Below are positions 25,646-39,499 of a stretch of DNA of 64,000 nucleotides, in pieces. Both the position numbers and the translations under genes were made by a program. Source of the DNA: Octopus sinensis. Its lineage: Eukaryota. Location: positions 45,086,464 to 45,150,463 of the forward strand of contig NC_043011.1 of NCBI RefSeq assembly GCF_006345805.1. The letters run 5' to 3'. The notes beneath the pieces are model-generated. The model was not told the DNA's origin. It did no database searches and was given only the letters and a program-made list of their open reading frames with translations. Numbering within the stretch: position 1 is the stretch's first letter; every line of letters begins with the position of its first letter.

Positions 25646-28600
25646 TTATTGCTGTTCTTTCCTTTGTTATTCTTTCACAACACACCTTTTTTTTTATTTA
25701 TTTCCCTTTGTTTCTTCACCCCCACCCCATCCACACACCTTTTTTTTCATTTCTTTATTTTTAAATATTATATTTGTTAATTTCTCTGTCAACTCCCATC
25801 TGCACATCTTCTCTCTCTCATACATACATATATACACATATATATATATGTATATATATATATATATGTGTGTATATATATACACACACTTTTGTCTTTT
25901 ATCTTCCTTTATATATATATGTATGTGTGTATATATATATATATATGATTTCTTTCTGTTTATCATTGGATTTTCTTAAATAATAATTTTTTTTTTAAAT
26001 AATAATAATGAATTCTTTTAAAATGATTTCACATTATTAATTTTAGAGTTTTAAAGAAAAATAAATATAAAATATATAAATAACAATGATAATAATAATA
26101 ATAATGATAAGAGAGGTGGAATGTTCTCAGTGCTGTGTGTCTGTTTGGAGAGCCTTATGGTGTTTAGTTTTGATCTGAAATTCTCTTTGATTTCAGAATT
26201 CTATCCAGTTTGATGTTTCATTTGTGTATGTGTGTGTGTGTGTGTGTAGGATGGGAGCCTTGAAAAGGACCAATGAACATGGTGAATTTGTAAAATAAAA
26301 TTTACCTCATGACTGTCAAAGAAGAAAATTACTATTACTACAAATAATATCGGTGAATTGTTATCTTGAGGCACAGGGTCAACTTTCAGAGGGAAATACA
26401 TATGATTTTAGTGGGAGGAGGAGGAAGAGCTGTTAGTTACATTGCAACACCTCTTCCTTTCACCTCTATTATATTTCTGTTTCAACAGTTCCTGACACTG
26501 CCACTCTTTCTGTCCTCCTTTCTTTGTTGTTCTGTATAGGACACCATAATAGAAGGAGGCAGTAGAGGAATGGAGCACATGCCAACACTGAAGGTACCAC
26601 TAGTGGGTACTGTTGACTTCACTTTCTGTCTTCTCAGTCTCATGTCATGAATGCACTCAGGTAAAATGAAAATAACCCAAGGAAACACACACAATTACTT
26701 CAAGTAAAACTACAAGGATAAGTACACTAATCAACAGGATTAGGATTAATATTATGATGGGTGGCAAGCAGGCAGAATTGTTGGTGCATTGAATAAACAT
26801 GCTTAGTTGCATTTCTTTGGACTCCTTATATTGTGAGTTCAATACCTTTCATCCTTCCAGGATAGACAAAACGAAGTACTAGTCAAATACAGAGGTTGAT
26901 GTAATAATGGGCTTGGCCTCCTCCCTTCAAAATTGCTAGCCTGGGTGCCTAAATTAGAATTATTATTATTATTAAGGTGACAATTGATAGAATCAGAATT
27001 GTTAGTGGGAGTCCAACAAAATGCATAGCAGTAGTTCTTCCAACTCTTTGTTCTGGGCCCAAATTCTTCCGAGGTCGACTTTGCCTTTCATCCTTCCAGG
27101 ATCAATAGAATAAGTACCACTTGAATTCTGGGACTGATGTAATCAACCTCTTTTAAATTGATGGCCCTTGTGCTTAAATTAGAATTATTATTGTAGTAGA
27201 TTGGCAGAATAATAAAGTATTGGACAAAAATATTTTGTGATATTCAGTTATGGCCCTTTACTTATTGACTTCAAACCCTACTAAGGCCAATTACGTCTTT
27301 CATCCTTCTAGGGTTCAATGAAATAAACTCCCAGCCACATACATACTGGTGCTGTTTCAATTGACTCTTTCCTCTTTCTCTCTCCCAAATTTCTGGCTTT
27401 GTCTTTGTTAAAAAAAAAAAAAAAAAATTTATTTTGTTATTACTACGAAAGTTGGGGATTTGCAGAACAAGCATTGAGCAAAAATACCTTGTGGTGTTTA
27501 CATTCCTTTAGGTTCTGGCTCCAAATCATAAGCTAAATGTTAATCCACTAGCAAGGGAGACGGATGACTGTATCAATGATACCCAGTAGAGAGGAAGACG
27601 GATGATATTGTCAATGATGCAAGTAACAACAGAGAATGACGGCATTGTCAATGATGCAAATAGTGTAGAGAGAGAGAGAGAGACGACACAAGTAAATGAG
27701 GAAAACAGGGATATTATCAATGACACCAGTTCCCTAAACTGTCTAACCTTGTGCCTCTTACATTCATTATGATTATTATTTCTTTTTTGTTGCAACATTG
27801 GGTGATCTTTTTTTTTATATTTTTTCTTTTTCCCCCCCTTTCTTCTCTCATTTCTCCTCCCTGTTATATATATATCTATACATACATATATATATATATA
27901 TGCACTCTTTAAACTTCTGTTATAGAAAAGAAATGAAATAAATAAACAAACACACACGCAACATAATATATACACACAGACATGCATATACACCCATGCA
28001 CATACATACAAATATATTTAAAATAAAAATATTCATAAAACTTCAGATCTTTTGTGTTTTATTTCTTATTCTTTTTAATGAATTATTTTAAGCCTCTGAA
28101 TGCCCTTTCTTATATTCATTTCAGTGGGTCTAGTCTGAAAGTCTCCAGGTGCTTTATTTTTATTTATATATATATATATAGTTTGTGTGTGTGTGTGTGT
28201 AGATATATAGATGTGTGTGTGTGTGTATAGATATATATATATGTGTGTGTGTGTATGTATGTATATATCAGCCTACACATACACAGATTGGTAAGGCAAG
28301 CCCCAATATTCTAATTAACCCATAAGTGTGTCCTTGAGAGGTGCTATTACTCCAATAGACCTGGGATCAGTAGTGGCTAAGGGATGGTTCCACACTCCTC
28401 ATACCCTGGAACTCCTGTTTTATTTTTTCTGTAAATGGAGAAGGGGAAAAAAAAGACACTGAATACTTTTACAAAGAGCCTCATCAACATAGGCCAAGAT
28501 TGAACCTTTGTTAAAGGGGTGTGTGTTGCTGTGTCCACGTCTTTACCCACAAGACCATTGAGACAACAGCAATAACTAGTTTGAAAATAATGTATTTAAA

Positions 28601-29733
28601 TCTATCAGACTAATGTAATCAATAACCAATCATTAGAATAGATTTAAATATCTCATAGTTTGTGTAAGTAGTATTACTGGCCTAATGGATAAGGGTGTTT
28701 GGTAACAAACAAGACAGATGGAGGTTTCAGTCTCAGGTAGGGATGATATGATCTCATTTAGTTTTATTTTTTTCTAGAGATGTGTTAAGAGGGGGAAGAA
28801 AAAAAAACACAATCAGTATAGACCATCGGCCAAGATTGATCCTTTGTCCAAGGGGTATGTGTGTTGCTATGTCTGTATGTCTTTACCCACAGGACCATTG
28901 AGGCAATAGCTAGTTTGAAAATGATATATTTAAATCTTATATAGCTATTTGAGGTGGTGGTGTTCATGGTTTTCTGTGACTTTAGTAATATTTGAGGGGA
29001 GAATGTGAAATGCTACCTGATTCAGGAATTGATCTCACAGCCTTAATGATTATAAGCTGAACACCCTAACCACAAGGCCATGCACTTTCATGGCAAAGTC
29101 GTTGCCAGTGCCACTGGACTGGCTCCTGTGCTGGTGGCATGTAAAAAAATAAAACCATTTGAGCGTGGTCGTTGCCAGTACTGCCTGACTTGCCCTCGTG
29201 CCGGTGGCACATAAAAGCACCCACTACACTCTCGGAGTGGTTGGCATTAGGAAGGGCATCCAGCTGTGGAAACTCTGCCAGATCAGATTGCAGCCTGGTG
29301 CAGCCATCTGGTTCGCCAGTCCTCAGTCAAATCATCCAACTCATGCTAGCATGGAAACGGACGTTAAACGATGATGAATAATAATGATTTCAAATTTCGG
29401 CACAAGGCCAGCAATTTCATGGGAGTTGGGTAAGTTGATTACATCAACCCCAGTGCGTAACTGGTACTTATTTACCAAGAGAACCCTCTTGGTTTAGTGG
29501 TATGGAATGTTTTACTCGTATTCTTCTATTCTTTTGCTTGTTTCAGTCATTTGACAGCGACTAAAGGGTGGTGCTCCAGCACAGTCAAAGAAGTTGACCC
29601 CCCTGGACTTAGTCCCTGTAAGCCTGGTGCTTATTCTATCAATCTCTTCTGCTGAACAGCTAAGATACGGGGATGCAAACACACCAACGTCGGTTGTCAA
29701 GCAATGGTGGTGTGGGGACAAACAGACGCAAAG

Positions 29734-29767
<34 letters not shown>

Positions 29768-31021
29768 GATGGGCTTGTTCAGAATGTTTCAATTGAAAAA
29801 CATGTACAAAAGTATGAGACAGCTTTTATTAAAAGGTGAAAATATTTCTGAAATACTCACCTAATATGCAAGGATACAGTCTCTAGGATACGGTAATTAA
29901 TTATATTGTAGGAAACTAAAAAGTAAAGAGAAAAAAATAGAATAAATATTTTTGATTTTGTTTGGCTCTATGAATTTAATTTTTTAAAAATGCTTTTGTC
30001 AATTGTTACTAATTGATACTAGAAAAAAGAAATTGACAAAATCCTGACCAAAACAGAGAAATTCTAACTTAACAAAAGAATATAGAAAGTCAATTACATC
30101 AACCTCAGTGTTCCACTGGTACTTATTTTATCAACCTCAAAAGGATGAAAGGCAAAGTCAAGCTCGACAGAATTTGAACTCAGAACGTAAAGATGGACAA
30201 AATGCTGCTAAGCATTTTGCCCAGCATGCTAAAGGTTCTGCCAGCTTGCCACCTTCTTTAATAATGTCACTACTACAAAGAAATAATCAAATAAGGTCAT
30301 AGTGCAACGAAATTGAAAGTATTGTATGTTAGTCCTAAACAAATACCTCAATGACTGCTGTAAATGAAGCAAAGAAAGGTGATGCTATGCTGAGACAAGG
30401 AAGCTGGTACCCTGTCCAGTCGGAAAGGAACAAATTCATGCAAGGAGGTAGTTGTTAATGAGTTAATTATCCTCTGAACTTGTACAAAACCCCATCATCA
30501 TCATCATCGTTTAACGTCCGCTTTCCATGCTAGCATGGGTTGGACAATTTGACTGAGGACTGGCAAACCAGATGGCTGCACCAGGCTCCAATCTGATCTG
30601 GCAGAGTTTCTACAGCTGGATGCCCTTCCTAATGCCAACCACTCCAAGAGTGTAGTGGGTGCTTTAACGTACCACCGGCACGAGAGCCAGTCAGGTGGTA
30701 CTGGCAACGGTCATGCTCAAATGGTGTTTTTTTATGTGCCACCTGCTCAGGAGCCAGTCCAGCAGCACTGGCAATATATATATCCATCATCCTCATTTAA
30801 CATCCACTCTTCCATATTTGCATGAGACAGACAGAATTTGTTGAGAGTTTTTCTAAAGCCAGATGGACTACATCTTGCCAACTCGCACCTATTTCCAAAC
30901 AAGGTACAATACTTTCCCATGGCCAGATGTGATTTTGAAAGAGGATAAGAAACAAACAACCTTGCTTGTTTGATGGTGATGCTAATTTCTTTTACCACTG
31001 TGTGACAAGGGTACACACACA

Positions 31022-31244
31022 CAGGGTGCGCCAAAAGTCACGCTCCAAAAGACTCGACATTTTATTTATATTTCATTATAATTATTATTGATATTATTGT
31101 TAATTTTGTTCATCATGTACAAGTACGTGTGTATTCATCATTATTTTATTAACTTTATTTATAAATTTAGAAAAATTGAAGCATGTCTTTGCCAATTCCA
31201 AAGCACATTGAACTTATACTGTGCATGACTTTTGGCCCATACTG
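31022..31244. mobile_element. Tc1/mariner-type MITE
   Basis: cagggtgcgccaaaagtca / tgacttttggcccatactg inverted ends in a CA/TG context. Confidence 0.6.
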
Positions 31245-33771
31245 TGTATGTGTGTGTGTGTGTACATGATCTCCTTTCAGTTTCCATCTACCAAATCCAC
31301 TAACAAAGCTTTGGTTAGCCCAGGGCTACAGTAGAAGACACTTGCCCAAGAAGTTATGCAGTGGGATTGAACCCAAGACCACATGGTTGGGAAGCACACT
31401 CTTTAACTATACAGCAATTATATATGTATGTGTGTGTATACACGTGTACATTTCTTTTCAATGGCTGCCTTCTTAACAGCAAAACTATATTCAAGTGAGT
31501 GATCATCTGAGTCATCTTCTAAATAGAAGTTAACATACCTTTACAGGTGAGAAATTTAGTCAACAACCATGAAATATAAAATGTGTGTGTGTGTGTGTGC
31601 AAATATGTATTCAATCAAAGCTGATGAGTCACCCTGTTTCTCATAAGTTTTTCCATGCATTCATTTATTTAAAAAAGAACATTCTAGAAGACAGCAAACC
31701 CCGTGTAACAATCTTTTGGTCCTTTAGGTATATACATATATATATATATAAGGAGTTGGAGTAAAAAGCCACATATATAGTATATGGTTCTAGGCTCAGT
31801 CCCACTGCATGGCACCTGGGGCAAGTGTCTTAGACTATAGCCTCAGGTCAACCAAAGCCTTGTGCATAGATTTAGTAAATGTAAACTGAAAGAAGCCAGT
31901 AAGTCTGTCATGTGTTTGTGTGTGTGTATACATATATATATATATATATATATATATCTCATCGTCATTATTTAACGTCTGCTTTCCATGCTAGCATGGG
32001 TTGGACGATTTTGACTGAGGGCTGGCAAACCAGATGGCTGTACCAGGCTCCAATCTTGATTTGGCAGAGTTTCTACAGCTGGATGCCCTTCCTAATGCCA
32101 ACCACTCCGAGAGTGTAGTGGGTGATTTTTACGTACCACCGGCACGGGGGCCAGTCAGGTGGTACTGGCAATGCCCTCGCTTGAATCTTTTTACACATGC
32201 TGCCAGTAAGGCAACGTTGGTAACGATCACGCTCAAATGGTGCCCTTTTACGTGCCACTGGCACGGAAGCCAGTTGGCTGCTCTTGCAATGATCACGCTT
32301 GGATGATGCTCTTGGCACCCTACTAGCATGGGCACAAGTGCCAGTATATATATATATAGCGTGTTTGTGTATACTCTTATACTTTTACTGGTTTCAGTCA
32401 TTTGACAGTGGTCATGTGTGTGTTGCTGTCTCCTTGCCTTCACACCATGTCATAGTTGTGAGTGTCATTGCCATGCAAGTTGTTTCATTTGTTAACAATC
32501 TTCCATGAAAACATATCTGGTCAAGGGAGAATATTACCTTCTTGGCAAACAGGTGAGGGTTGGCAACAGGAACAGCATCCAGCCATAGAAAATCCACCTT
32601 AACGAATTTCACCCACCCCATGTGAGCATTGAAATGTGGACATTAAAACGATGATGATGTAAAAAAACAGTTTGTGTAATATGGAAAGTGGTTTCATGAG
32701 TTCAAATTTCTGTCCAGGTTGACTTCACCTTTCGTCTCCTTGGGGCAGATAAAATACGCCCCAGTCAATTACTGGGACTCTATTATCAACAATATGTGAC
32801 ATAGTGCCTTATACAGAAATCAATTTTTAAAATAAATGAATAACATCTATGACTTACTATAGTCCAGATGGATGCTTTCTCTAATTATGTAATAAGTGGA
32901 TGAACAGAGTGGGACCTATTTATCAATGGTGGACTCGACGTCAGTAGTGATCCAACAGGCTTTTATGATAAAAAAAAACGTTACAAATATCGCCTTCCAT
33001 TTGAATAATGAGTAATTGGTGCGAGATGCAGCTGCTATTTCTAGCAGATCATGCGACCATGTAGAGGGAAATAACTTAACGACGTTATTCTATTGTAATC
33101 ACAGCTGGAAACAAGGGAGGTAACTCTATCTGGCTCTTGTGCTTGTAAAGTTGTAACGTATTTAAGTCTGCAAAATTAAACCCCACGAGGGGGTCCTTCG
33201 GGTAACCTGGGCAAAAGAATTCCCGCTAACTGACTAGCTCCATTGTTATTTAACAGTTCATCAGGGTTTATTCATCTCCCCCTTCTCAAATGGCTGAGGT
33301 TGAGGTGGAGTCGAAAGTTACTGATTAAAATGTAGCCAACATTTGTGATAGGCAGTTCATTAACATCCTCAGCAACACTAACTAGCGAATTACACAGTGG
33401 CACTAATTACATGTCTTTTGGCGCATTGGAAATAGCAGCCAAATCACACCAGTTTATAACAGGAAGGACACACTGGGTGCAATATTCTCAATAAGAAAAT
33501 AGCTAGGTGGCCAAGGTTGGAACGGCTTAAATCAGATGTGATCCATGTACAAGAGTATACAACAATAGGTACAATGAGCTCTTGGCAGCCTGTGGTAGTA
33601 CCAGCACCAGGTGTGATAGATATACAGGATTATATTGCTGTTGGTACATAGGGATCTATAGTTGACAGAGAGAGTACCAAGGCTTCAGATGTGATAGATG
33701 TAAACGAAAGTATATAATTATAAGTGTAGTCGGATCTCTGGTAATCTGAGAGAGTACCAGAATTTCAGGTG

Positions 33772-34611
33772 TAACCCGAAGTGATATCAAAAACGTACAG
33801 GTACTAGTTATGTTTAATAAATAAGATAAACTTATTTACCTAAGTTTTAACATCATCTTGGAAATAGTCACCTTACATAGCAATACACCATTTCCAGCAT
33901 TACTGCCACTTTTTGAATCCAACCTAGGAGTCGTTTTCCATAAGTGAGTCACAGACCTTCTGCAATTCGCTCATGTCCTCGTTAACGGTGTTAAAGTGGC
34001 GACCCTTGAGCTGCATTTTCATCTTGGGAGAGAGAAGGAAGTCTGCAGGTGCTACATCTGACGATACCATGTGCAGAAGCGATACCATGTTGTTTTCGGT
34101 GAGAAACTCACAAGTGAGGAGAGCTCAGTGACAGGGTGCATTGTTGTCGGGAAGAATTCAATTATTCGCACTCCACAGATCTGGTTGCTTTTACCAAATG
34201 TCCTCCCTGAAACACTTCAAAACATCACAGTAGAACTCTCGATGGACGGTCTGGCCCTGGGTGATGAATTCTCAATGCACAATACTGCAGATTTAAAAAA
34301 AAAAAAAACCATAAGCCTTCTCTTGACTGAGCTGTGGCTCTGTCAGCCGCTTTTGAAGCACCTGTGCCACTCGAAACATTGCGTAAGACCCATTGCCTCT
34401 TTGCCGTAAGCTTGCCAAAGCATGCCTGATAACTTTGTAGCAGATTTCCCAAGTTTAATGCAAAATTTCATGTTAGCTCTTTGTTCCTGTCCATGACAAA
34501 TCACAAGAACATAAATTTCACAACTTCACTGCTAGCACTCAATGCGCATGCAACTGTGTACTGTTGGCACATGATAGAACTAGTCTGGGAACTTTTTGAT
34601 ACCACCTCGTA
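33772..34611 (-). mobile_element. Internally deleted mariner element with degenerate TIRs
   Basis: Minus-strand DNNAPCH*ALLTCEFL and SDVAPADFLLSPKMKMQLKGRHF. The right TIR (reverse complement tacgaggtggtatcaaaaagttcccagactagt) resembles the left cgaagtgatatcaaaaacgtacaggtactagt. TA at both ends. Confidence 0.85.
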
Positions 34612-35703
34612 GATATACTGGAGTATATAAGTGTATGTACGGTGGGATCTCTGGAAAACCGAGAGAGTACCAGAACTTCAGATGTGAATGATAACCACAC
34701 AGGAATGATAACCACACAGGGACAATGAGATCTTTTACTTGTTTTAGTCACCAGACCACGGCTATGCTGGGGCACTGCCTTGTATTTTTAATCAAACTTA
34801 TCGACCCTAGCACTTACTTTTTAAAGCCTGTTACTTATTCTATCAGTCTCTTTTGCGAAACCACTAAGTTACAGGGATATAAACACACCAGCACCAGTTG
34901 TCAAGAGGTGGTGGGGGACAAATGCAGACACAAAGAAAGACACACACATACATTTTTTTATGATAGGCTTCTTTCAGTTTCCGTCAACCAATCCACTAAC
35001 AAGGCTTTGGTTGGCCTGGGGCTATAGTAGAAGACACTTACCCAAGGTGCCACACAGTAGGACTGAACCCAAAACTATGTGGTTGGGAAGCAAGCTTCTT
35101 ACCACACAGCCATGCATTCAAAAAGGTTGTAGACGACATTTATACTGAGAGGGAAGAGGAGGCTGACACTTGTAACAGAGAGAACAATTGGAATGGGAGT
35201 TTTCTATGAGGCAACCCAAATAGAATCATAGACAAGAACTGTGGAAGGAGTACAGTTCCACTCAAACAGACACTAAAATATTGATGAAATGACAATGCAA
35301 GCAAAACATTAACAGCTGAGAGACAGAGAAGGAAAGACTTGAAGTAAAGATAGACTAGGGAATAATATCATGTAGTTAGTTATCAGGGATGAACAAATGA
35401 AAGTGCGAGATTTGCCCTAATGTTCTGTGATGGGAGGATCATAGATGTAAAGTCACCTGCACTGCTAAAGCAGTAGAAATCAAGGCATCTTTAAAGAAAA
35501 TGATGTTTAGAATGAGAGCTGCTCACTTACCATTGCCAATACACAAAAGAAGGCTTGGAAATGCAGCTTTGGGAGATTGTTAAATGTAGAGAATACATGG
35601 TAAAAAGACAGACTGCTCTAAGTCCAACAGAAGAACCAGCTATTAAACCTGTAAAGTAGAGATGAGCTACTAAAATCACTGGTTAAGAACCAATTATTCA
35701 AGG

Positions 35704-35898
35704 GAACAGCCGAGGTCTAGCTATTCGAGTGGACAGCCGAGGTTTAGCTATTCAAGTGGACAGCCAAGGTCTAGCTATTTGAGTGGACAGCTGAGGACTA
35801 GCTATTTAAGTTGACAGCTTGGATCCAGACATTAAAACTGACTGCTCAAGACCTGCTATCAGAGTGGACAGTTCGAGACCTGCTATTAGAGTTGACAG
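35704..35898. repeat. 27-bp degenerate tandem repeat, ~7 copies
   Basis: Unit gtggacagccgaggtctagctattcga, decaying toward the 3' end. Confidence 0.85.
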
Positions 35899-36099
35899 TG
35901 ATATAGTAGAAAGTGCAATGAATGATATAAAGTCAAAGTAATCAGCTTAGACTACCAGGAAAAGTTAGGTGGGCTTTTTCATTCACCAAGTGACAAAGGT
36001 GGTAAAATGAGATGTTGATACCCATTGACTGGTCTAGCAGTATCATCTGCTGTGAAGGCAAAGATTCTCAAGAAAGATCAAATCGATTCACCATGTTAT

Positions 36100-36650
36100 G
36101 AAAACAAGAGAAATCGTTACAACACAACTGATTAAGAAGGGAATTAACTTAAATACGATGCAGGTGGGATTTGTGATGAGTGGCAACAACAGACATTTTC
36201 TTTTCTAGTGAAATCCCAGAAGCAAAGGACAAAAATTCTATACTTGGCATTCTTTGACACAGTTTCACACTCTGTAGTCTGGTGGTCATTATGAAAACTA
36301 TGTAAAGATAGCTGACACTGAGAGTCATGCAAGACATGTGCAGAGATGTCACCACCAGCAAGGTGAAAGTTGGCAATGAGTTAAATAAATATTTTAACAT
36401 GCAGTTAGATCATCATCATCATTGTTTAACGTCCGCTTTCCATGCCAGCATGGGTTGGACAATTTGACTGAGGTTTGGCAAACCAGATGGCTGCACCAGA
36501 AGATGGCTCAAAATTCAGTTCTCAGTTCCCAGCTGTTTCTTTTTAGTCCTCCAGGTCACAATGAAAGGGAAGGGCTTCAGACTGGTTACCTGAGGACATT
36601 CCTGTACACAGATGACTTAATAGTCAACACTATCAATAGTTAAGAACAAC
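36100..36650 (+). mobile_element. Degraded RTE reverse transcriptase fragment split by a SINE tail
   Basis: LYLAF.DTVSHSVVWWSL...KVGNE, then QNSVLS..LF...TG....LYTDDL. Confidence 0.7.
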
Positions 36651-37639
36651 TTCACCTCTACAGATTATCCCATAACACATGAGTTTGAAAAACTGTAAAC
36701 AGTGAAAACACTTACACATTATGAATACTTTCTCCCAAAATTTGTGTCATTGTTTCTTTTCAAGATTTATATCATCATCATCATTATTTAACGTTTGCTT
36801 TCCATGCTGGCATGGGTTGGACGGTTTGACTGAGGACTAGCGAGCCAGATGGCTGCACCAGGCTACAATCTGATCTGGCAGAGTTTCTACAGCTGGATGC
36901 CCTTCCTATTGCCAACCACTCCAAGAGTGTAGTGGGTACTTTTATGTGTCACTGGCGCAAGGGTCAGTCAGATGGTACTGGCAACGACCATGCTTAAATG
37001 GTGTTTTTTATGTGCCACCAGCACAGGAGCCAGTCCAGCGGCACTGGCAATGACCTCGCTCAAATGTTGTTTTTCATGTGCCACCGGCACAAGTGCCAGT
37101 AAGGCAATGCTGGTAACGATCACACTCAGATGGTGCTTTTTACGTGCCACCGGCATGGGAGCCAGTCAGCGGCCCTGGCAATGATCACGCTCAAGTGGTG
37201 CTCTTAACGTTCCATTATCATGGATGCCAGTTAAGTGGTGCTGTCATTAACCACATCAGCAAATTTGATTTCGATTTCACTTGCCTGAACAGGTCTTTTC
37301 AAGCAGAGTTTATGCATGGAAACATATGCAGATGCCTACATATATGCATGTATATCTATCTACACACACATACACACAAATGAACTAAGTGAAATAGCTC
37401 GGAGTAGCCAGTAGCATGAACTTACACAACATACGAATGAAGATATATTGAGAACTCTACAAGATCGATTCTTGATTTATTAAAATCACTTTTGCTTCCA
37501 GAAAAGGTAAAACAACTGGCACATGGAAACTGGGACCAACTCCAGATGACAATGTAACAATCTCAAGAATCAAGGACTCTCTAGAACTGACGTACTACTA
37601 ATAAAAAGTTAAAAAGTCTGAGTATCTAAAGCCAAGAGG

Positions 37640-37690
37640 ATAGCTGTATTCATGTGTTTCTGCTTCTATAGCTGTCTTCAGCACAGCTAT
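37640..37690 (-). ncRNA. Decayed type I hammerhead motif
   Basis: Minus strand reads atagctgtg-CTGAAGA-ca-gct...agc-a-GAAA-cacatg-AA-tacagctat. Stem I is 9 bp; the U of the cleavage triplet is replaced by A. Confidence 0.45.
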
Positions 37691-38035
37691 AATCTGACCA
37701 TTACTCTGATGCAGAGCACATTTATGGCTTAAGGTAATTTTCATAATTAACACAATCAAATTATATTATGAGAAACAACTGAGCGTGACAGTGGTATGTA
37801 TCTGAACAACATAGGCCACTGAAGGTATATTATATGACATATGCGATAAATTTTTAATTTGTTGAAATTATCCTAATATTTATAATTCTGTAGCTGTGAC
37901 TGAATTTTTGCTAAGGATATGGTTCATTCACACCATACATACATAAACCACACCAAAGCAGACAGTAGAGCCTGGTGCAGTCCTCTGACTTACCAGCACC
38001 TGTCAAATTGCCCAGCCCAGCCAGCATGGAGGACA

Positions 38036-38077
<42 letters not shown>

Positions 38078-39499
38078 CATGCGTATAATATTATATGCAA
38101 GTACTACAATTTTTCTGAATTTTTTTATTTTTCTATATGCTAGGCTACTGGTTTTAAATTGATATTAATTAAATTAATATTCAATTTATCACCCTCATTA
38201 TTTAAATTTTTATATATATATATATATATATAATCAAAATAAGCAACATTACCTCTGGGTATCCTTGTTGCTTATTTTCATTTTAATCACCTTACTTTGA
38301 AATTGTATGGATAATACCGTACTAAATTCTGGTGCCTAAAACTTAAGTACCATATGCATATGAATCAAAATTTTTGCTGAACTCATCTACCATACCCAAA
38401 GTGTGTGTATATATATATATATATATACACACACGTAAAAGCACCCACTACACTCTCGGAGTGGTTGGCATTAGAAAGAGCATCCAGCTGTAGAAACTCT
38501 GCCAGATCATATTGGGGCCTGGTGCAGCCATCTGGTTCATCAGTCCTCAGTCAAATCGTCCAACCCATGCTAGCATGGGAAGTGGACGTTAAATGATGAT
38601 GATGATATATATATATATAACAACGGACTTTTTTCAGTTTCTATCTACTAAATCCACTAACAAGGCTTTGGTCGGTCTGAGGTTATAGTAGAAGACACTT
38701 GCCCAAGGTGCCACGCAGGGTGACTGAACCCGGAATGATGTGGTTGGTAAGCAAGCTACTTACCACACAGCCACATATATATATATAATGTACTGATCCA
38801 TGATAAAAAAATTCAACAAAAAAAGTACTCCATCTGGTGAAAGATAAATATTAATAGAAAGAAGAAAAAAAATTAAATAAAATGAAAATAAAGTCAAGTG
38901 GTTGTGTGGGGAGTAGCTTGCTTACCAACTACATGGTTCTGGGTTCAGTCTCAATGCGTGGCAACTTAGGCAAGTGCCTTCTCCTATAGCCTCGGACTGA
39001 CCAAAGCCTTGTAAGTGGATTTGGTAGATGGAAACTGAAATGTATATAAATGTGTGTGTGTGTGTGTGTCCCCTCACAATCACTTGACAACCGATGCTGG
39101 TGTGTTTATGTCCCCGTAAATTAACGGTTCGGCAAAAAAGACCGATAGAATAAGTACTAGGTTTACAAAGAATAAGTCCTGGGGTCGATTTGCTCGACTA
39201 AAGGCTGTGCTCCTGCATGGCCACAGTCAAATAACAAATAGAGTAAAAAAAAGTATATATATACATGCATACAATATGTACACATACATATACAGACATG
39301 CATATATGTACGTGTGTGTGTGTGTACACACCTATATGTATGGTTGCATGCATTCATACGAATACTAATCGACAGCTTTTTCATGTAACCACTCACACAT
39401 GCACACACGCAACCACAGACACACAAGTAAGTATAAGGTACACTCCTTCACATCCGTTTGCAATCCTTCGTACCGACATGTCCCTGCACTAACTTAAAC

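Noticed and set aside
27526-28011. 161-aa minus-strand ORF
   Set aside because: Composed of microsatellite and low-complexity sequence with no recognisable domain.
28492-28937. ~110-bp dispersed direct duplication
   Set aside because: A diverged local duplication with no element hallmarks or structure. The same applies to the ~55-bp repeat at 47801/48174.
31615-31720. ctgatgagtc hammerhead candidate between microsatellites
   Set aside because: GAAA and helix III cannot be placed cleanly.
33180-33241. HDV-like ribozyme (cct-gg-gcaa...gctaa)
   Set aside because: No complementary P1, P2 or P3 partners were found in the required order.
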